From positions 335,854,001-335,918,000 of the forward strand of contig OZ024740.1 in assembly GCA_964016885.1 (NCBI GenBank): 64,000 bases of DNA, in the 5' to 3' direction. Origin of the DNA: Eledone cirrhosa (Eukaryota). Position 1 is the first letter of the stretch. Every line of letters starts with the position of its first letter. The notes beneath the pieces are model-generated. The model saw only the letters and a list, made by a program, of their open reading frames with translations, was not told the origin of the DNA and did not search any database. The translations under genes were made by a program, and so were the position numbers. Of the stretch, positions 57,085 to 64,000 are shown piece by piece.

Positions 57085-57839
57085 CAGAAGGTCAGGAGAA
57101 GAAAGTTAAGAGATTTCATTTCTTTATACGTGTTTCATTATTAGATAAATTTCCTCTACATATGCTTTCATAAAACACGTCGGATTTGTTTACGGAAAGT
57201 TCAGTTCCTCATACCATACGGATTATACTTCTAATGAATTGTTTGAATTTTTTTCTTTGGTGATTGTGGAATTACATTGAGCTTAATATTTTGTTGGTAC
57301 TATTTCCTCAATATTTACGCTTCTTATATATATGCAAATTAGTATGTCCATTTCAGAACACAACTAAGAGTGAATGGCTATATAATCTCATCAAATACGT
57401 GTTTCCTTGTTGTTGTTTAGATGATATACACCCCTTAGTACGTGGAACCAGCCTGGTCCGAAAATAGATTAAATGCGTTTCTAATTTTTCCAATTTATAG
57501 AGAAATTCGTATTTCTTGGCATGTTTTCATGTCAACATATAAAACTGTGTATATTCATATACACACTAGCGCACTCTCGGTTACCCATTCTGTATGTATA
57601 CATATAAATATATATACATACATATATATGTGTGTGTGTGTGTAAATAATATCTTAGAAAATTAAATAAAATACCTCTAGAAACAGAAAAAGTGGCCAAT
57701 TGCAAGATAGGTAGATAGATATACGCGCACGCACACACCAACATACACACATACATATATATATATATAGCAAATAAGTAATTGGATTGTTTGATTTGAG
57801 ACTTCTGCTTTTTTTGTTTTGACTGCATACCCATATATG

Positions 57840-58033
57840 GACTGTACCCATTGATAAGTTCAGCTAGGTCCCTACCTTCCTGATACTGCTGGGTTAGTTC
57901 GGATCTAGCTGTCGAGATGGCCGGAGCTCAGCCCTCGGGGTCCTGACCCTTTTCCTATACCCACTCTGCTACCCTAAGTATCGAGTACTCCTGTGCGTTA
58001 TGGTCCACTTGGTTTCTTACCACACATTCTTTG

Positions 58034-58035
<2 letters not shown>
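57840..58035 (+). repeat. Interspersed repeat ending in (TA)n, homologous (inverted) to 26542-26660
   Basis: CCCACTCTGCTACCCTAAGTATCGAGTA..GCGTTATGGTCCA..GGTT.CTTACCACA..CTTTGTTATATA. Confidence 0.75.
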
Positions 58036-58131
<96 letters not shown>

Positions 58132-58239
58132 AGAAAGTATGTTAAGAAACCAGGTGGACCGTAAAGAGTCTGGAACTAGCTGTTGAAATGGCAAGAGCTC
58201 AGCCTTCGGGTCCCAACTATTAATTAATATATATATATA

Positions 58240-58316
58240 CAGGGAGTCCAAGAAAATGTATACACACTTTAACAGCATTCTAATCAAAGTGTGTATACAT
58301 TTTATGGAAAACCCTG
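58240..58316. mobile_element. 77-bp Tc1/mariner-type MITE
   Basis: TA|CAGGG..AAAATGTATACACACTTT ... AAAGTGTGTATACATTTT..CCCTG|TA. Confidence 0.75.
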
Positions 58317-58573
58317 TAAATATATATATATATATATATTTATTGAACCGCCAGTCAGAAGAGCAGATCCATAATGGAGTCGGGACCATAACTTCTATGG
58401 GTGACCCTGAACATATCCTCTGCAAAACGCGCGGAACAAGTTAACACACGATAAAAAAACTAATGCATGTAAAATAAACTACATTGTTTTTCTTAATATA
58501 TACACTCTTCCTGTGCATCGAGTGCTCATGTTTGTACCAGCACCAGTAATTCATTGAATCACAGATACTACTA

Positions 58574-58574
58574 C

Positions 58575-58652
<78 letters not shown>

Positions 58653-58667
58653 CAGCAGCAGCAGCAG
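58574..58667. repeat. (TAG)n(CAG)n microsatellite
   Basis: Direct reading. Confidence 0.95.
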
Positions 58668-61135
58668 CTGCTGCTGCTACTGCTGCCATATATATATATA
58701 TATATGTGTGTGTATGTAAGAGAGAGAGTGTGTTGTGTGTATGTGATCGTATTGTCATTAGAACCTTCTTGTTCTTGTGTTTTCTAGCTTCGCATCTCTT
58801 CCTTAAATCTGTTGGTATTCCACAAAGACCTTACTAATGTGGTTTTCAGGAAGTATACTGCTTTAACTCAAACTAGCTAAAATGTCTGAAACTTTTCCCA
58901 TGAACGTTTGAATATGTTATTCCTTTGATGTACAATCGTTACTATTGAACTATGTCACGTAGCATAATATATACAGCATTACATATATACGTAAGTGTCT
59001 ATCTTGCTTATGTTAAACTTTCTATTGTTTTATTTATTTCTTCTTACATGAATTAAACTCCATGCACGATTATTGAAATTAGATTTAACAATTAAACCCA
59101 AATCTGTCAGCATTTTCCAGTTGAGTTATCTACTTCATTGTTAGCTTACAGCGTTGTAAATGTAGAAACAATGGCTTTATATTCATAACCTCTTTGATCT
59201 TGCAATATTGAAAGGAGCTTCTTGTGCTTCTATTACTGCAAATACAACGCTTTTTGTTCCGTGCCGGCAAAGACAGATCGAGTGACAAGCTGGGTTACAC
59301 ATTAATAAGGATAATAGCAGAATAAAAACATTTGTCCCACACTGTCTGAGACAGGCTTCCTTCTATTTGGTTTGGCTATTGCAACCAATTACAGCGTATG
59401 TACAATGGGGGTGCATGTAATTGGTTGAACCACTTGCTAAAAATAGCAGTTAAATCTTTCTCAAGTAAAATCCTATCGTTTGATATAAGGAAGGATATCT
59501 CCTTTCTATTATAGTCCTGTATGTCCCTAACATTCGGAAGAAATCGCTGCCATGGCTGGAGTTCTTTGACGTATATATTTGCTCAATGATCTTGAATTAA
59601 ATATCACTAATATCAGCATTCGTACAGTGAGCAAGGTCTTCGATGTTATTTTTATCTTTACTTCTCGAGATTTCAATAGCGAAATTCAAAATAACAAAAC
59701 AATATCTCTTCTTTTTCATTACCTTACAGTTTATCACTTTAATAACCCTCATATTAAACCTTTATTTGCTCTTTGAAGCCTTTCCTCTTTGGAATACTTA
59801 TTATCTTTGGAATACTTATTATGCTTCTACAAACTAAATATACACAAAACTGAACGAACACAGTTATCCTCGAAAAGCTTACGTAGCGTCAATATTGTTT
59901 ATATACTAGCACAAATATAATCATAAGAGTACGAGCCCCTATGAGACTAGTTGGTTTTTTGATAGACACAAATCCTGTAGTGTACTGGATAAAATACCTA
60001 CATAGAGTACATGGTCAATACGATATGTACCAGTAATATGATAGGGTCAATTCAATTGTCTGTACCTCTACCGCTTCATACATGCAGGCCTGTAAACATT
60101 GAATATTAGAGTTCCAGAAATTAATAATACTTTCGATAATCGAATTAGAATATATTTTGTTAGGAATATGAATAGATAAAGTACAAAATGGGGAGGATAT
60201 AGACGGAAATAGTGAGAAGATAGCGTAAAACTCTGACTATTAGGGAAACAAAAATCAATACATTTTGTAGCCTTGAATCAATAGGAACATAGGAATTTAT
60301 CGGAAAAGAATAAAACAAATCCTAACCTATTATTCCTTTGTCATGGTCCTTAATTTAGAATAGAGAAAACTTATATTCTTTCACATAACAATATTGCTGA
60401 ATTGCAAGCTTTTGAGAGGAGAATGTCAGAATGTTCTTAACACGAAGCATATTAAGGAACACATAATGAATTAGAGGAAAGAAATCGAAATATATTATAA
60501 ATGCTTCTAACTTAAAGCAGAATATTCTGGAAACATCTATTATATAATGCAATACAGCGAACATACAGAATACACAAGAATAGAATATTGGTCTTGGTTG
60601 AGAGAGGGATCTATTTATAATGGTAGATTATAAATATCTATATGTGAGGAAATAGGAAAATGGTTCACGTGAAAATATATCAGCCCCATTATTTAGATAC
60701 TGAATTAGATATAGTGTGATGTATATGTGATCCTTTTCAATGCTGAAATAATTACGTGACCAGTTTGAATGCTGTCAGATGATTGAGTCAATTATATGAC
60801 TTTCAATGAGAAAAGGTATTCCTTAATGGGAAATAATCCAGATTGACGCATTATCTTAGTGTCATCATCGTATATGTGTGTGACTAAATGAAGGGATGAG
60901 AGGATGGAAATAATCTCCATTCCACACTCACACAGTAAGACAGTGCGTAGTCTTGTATACAACACAATCTCTTGCTTAACATTTGCAGCGATATATTGAT
61001 TTAACACTATCAACCCCAACACTAAATTTAAGGAAAGTACATCGAGCAAGAACAATGCGAATATTAATAAAGAACCAATTTATTCCCCGGTTAGTATTGG
61101 AAGTTCACTACTAAACTAACCAGGGTATGGATTAA

Positions 61136-61993
61136 TTACCTGACTAATAATTGTTTCCGCTTATGGCACATGACCAGCAATGTTACCTGACTAATAATTG
61201 TTTCTACTTTTGGCACAAGGCCAGCAATTACCCAGTGCATTAATGGTACTTTATTTTATCGACGCCGTAAGGATGAAAGGCAAAGTTAACCTCGGCGGGA
61301 TTTGAACTCAGACTGTAAAGGGAGGTAACTATGCTAGAAAGCATGGCGTCCAACCCTCTACCGATACTGCCAATCCACCGCCCCTGACTAATAATTATTT
61401 CTACTTCAGGCACAAGGCCAGCAAATACCCAGTACATTACTGGTACTTTATTTTATCGACCCCGTAAGGATGAAAGGCAAAGTTAACCACGGCGGGATTT
61501 GAACTCAGACTGTAAAGGGAGGTAACTATGCTAGAAAGCATGGCGTCCAACCCTCTACCGATACTGCCAATTCATCGCCCCTGACTAATAATTGTTTCTA
61601 CTTTTGGCACAAGGCCATCAATTACCCAGTACATTACTGGTACTTTATTTTATCGACCGTGTAAGGATGAAAGGCAAAGTTAAACTCGGCGGGATTTGAA
61701 CTCAGACAGTAAAGGGACGTAACTATGCTGGAAAGCATGGCGTCCGACCCTCTACCAATACTGCCAATCCACCGCCCCTGACTAATAATTATTTCTACTT
61801 CAGGCACAAGGCCAGCAAATACCCAGTACATTACTGGTACTTTATTTTATCAACCTCGTAAGGATAAAAGGCAAAGTTAACCTCGGCGGGATTTGAAATC
61901 AGATCATAAAGGGCCGTAGCTCTATGCTACAAAGCATGGTGTTCAACCCTCTAGCGATACTGCCTATCCACCGCCCTTACCTGACTAATAATA
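61136..61993 (-). mobile_element. Tandem array of four full SINE units (~197 bp) plus a tail stub
   Basis: Units start at ~61186, 61383, 61580 and 61777; TTACCTGACTAATAAT at 61136, 61183 and 61978. Confidence 0.92.
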
Positions 61994-64000
61994 AAAGCCA
62001 AATTGAAACTTAACTGATGCAAGTCTTTTAATTGAAAGTGTCACCCTTTCAAAGTATGAAGATAATGAATTTTTCAACCTAAAAATAATTTCCCAAATTT
62101 CTCAAAAGAATCCTGCTGTTTCTTCCCGGGGAGAACTTTTTTCCACGTTAAGAAATGTGGTTCTATATAGTTATGTGTGATGTTACCTTGTTTGAGATTA
62201 TTCTTAAGAATATATCTGTTGCATGCGTGAAGCAAACATTTCTTTAGTTCCGTAAATGTAATTGTTATCCTTTGGTTATTCTATTGCAGTAAGATTTTTT
62301 TGTTGTTGTTGTTGTTGTTGTTTCAGCCCAGATCATCATTCTTCGTTCAGACCTGCGGTCAAAGGCATTCTAATATTAAACATCTTATCTTTTTTGTATA
62401 TCCAGGACTACATTATCCTTTGTTAAGTCGATATGGTTGGATTTGGTAGAGATCTAGTTGCTATTTCTGATTCATATTAGAATATGTTTAGATATTGTGT
62501 GTAATGTTTATATAACTGTTTTAAAGTTTTCGAAATTTTGTGTGCTTTTTCTATTTTGAGAATGGAAATTGTATAGAATCATTGTATAGAATACCGTTTT
62601 AAATAGACATAATATAGAGGTATATGTTATAATTACCATTCTGGTAACTATAAACAGCAACTTACTAAAGATAAACTGAAACAATCGGAACAAGCCTGAG
62701 GTTAAACAGAGCTAACTTGAAGTTAATCAGGGCTAAGATAAGGCATTCGAGGATAACCTCAGATTTGATAGCTGTAATATAGACGACCAGGACTAAGCTG
62801 AAGAAAAAAAAACTACAAAAAAAACTACAAACTGGACTAATGCAACCAAAGAGGGATAATCTACAGGGTGAGTCAACCAGCTAAAAAATGACATCCAAAA
62901 TGTCTCATACATTACCTTATCGTCCTAATAAAATGAATAAATATACTGGATGCACGGGATTTGTTAGCCGTAGAAGATCGGCAAAAAACGTTGACCCGAG
63001 AGAATTCGAACTCAGAAGTAAAAGGAAAAGTTTGTAAATATTAAGACATTTAATGTTGTCTTACACTGTTTTTCATTTCACTATCCTTTAAATGTATCTA
63101 TTCTGTTGTTCTACTATGTCTTTCATCTCATCATCCTTTGGAAATATTTAGTATGGTGCTGTAATGTTTATATCAATATATCTAGTTCTTTAAAAATTAT
63201 CTACTCTAGTGTCGTACTGTTTCTTTCATCCCATCGTCCTTTAAGTAGCCCAGAAACAATAAAGTGTTAAATTGACAAAAGAATAAAATAAAATATAATG
63301 TTCATAACCTAAGTGTTCTTCCAGGACATTTCTGCTTGACACAACAGAAAACATTAAAAGCAAAACTAGAATACGATAATTGATTTTTAGATTATGTTTC
63401 TTTTTAGGTCTGGCTAAACTAGAATTTAATGGTAAATATGTTGACATTTTGGTTTTAAAAACAGTATTTTTGGCAGATCTTTATTGTCTCTTTTACATAT
63501 GCCATGTATACAGAGACAAGCAGTGTATTTTAAACAAACGAAAACGTATTTTGTGTAATATATTAATCCTGTAAAGAAAGGCAACTCTGTTAAGAATATT
63601 TAAATATATAAATAAAAAGGTGAGTTGACTCCATTACTCTAACTGCTTTCACCTATCATTTAATCTTTCCCCTTTACTTATCGACCATTTTGAAATAACG
63701 CTACTTAACGTTACGTGTGTGGATATTGTTCACATATGAAGAAAGTGTTATGCACATATGAAGAAAGTGTTATTAAGTTGTTGTTTTAATCTTCTATATA
63801 TCTATTAAGATAACATCAAATAGTGAAATGTATAGTGTAATGTGTCTGCGATCAGATTAATGGAGTTGGTAGGTCACCAAAGAGCTGGGTATCAAGGCCT
63901 AACAGTACTTGGTTTACCATCAACACAAACGTTTGATAAATGCATTGGCACGAAACTCTAGGTCATATAGTCACTTTCTTTTCGGTTTCTAAGCTTTGTG

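Noticed and set aside
57902-57914. GATCTAGCTGTCG identical to the 5' start of Tx1 family A
   Set aside because: 13-bp match with no extension; compatible with chance
59146-59292. Possible minus-strand host exon (CAG..GTAAG) and signal-peptide-like ORF at 60792-61055
   Set aside because: No recognisable homology or consistent multi-exon frame; needs RNA-seq
61186-61977. Regular repeats resembling a CRISPR or tRNA array
   Set aside because: Units are whole SINE copies without unique spacers, and the heads do not form a complete tRNA cloverleaf

Overview
AT-rich, microsatellite-dense eukaryotic DNA with no host gene I can support. The SINE family, mariner remnants and repeat texture suggest a coleoid cephalopod such as Octopus (inference). 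The window is dominated by microsatellite-associated retroelements. (1) R4/Dong-type LINE remnants lie in (TAA)n. (2) Tx1/L1-clade LINEs of several families are stacked head-to-tail in (GATA)n at 8.9-21 kb, with another copy at 51-55.8 kb. (3) About 20 tRNA-derived SINE copies or fragments are present, including a 4-unit tandem array and two copies with dense T>C changes. (4) A (TA)n-embedded cluster of Penelope-like elements and non-coding derivatives carries about 13 recognisable hammerhead ribozymes from at least six sequence families. The most unusual signals are a hammerhead whose three strands occur in non-circularly permuted order, with covarying helix I, inside a 529-nt retrozyme-like unit, and a ~480-bp tandem repeat with one hammerhead per unit and a central inversion. 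All structures and alignments were read by eye; no computation was run.
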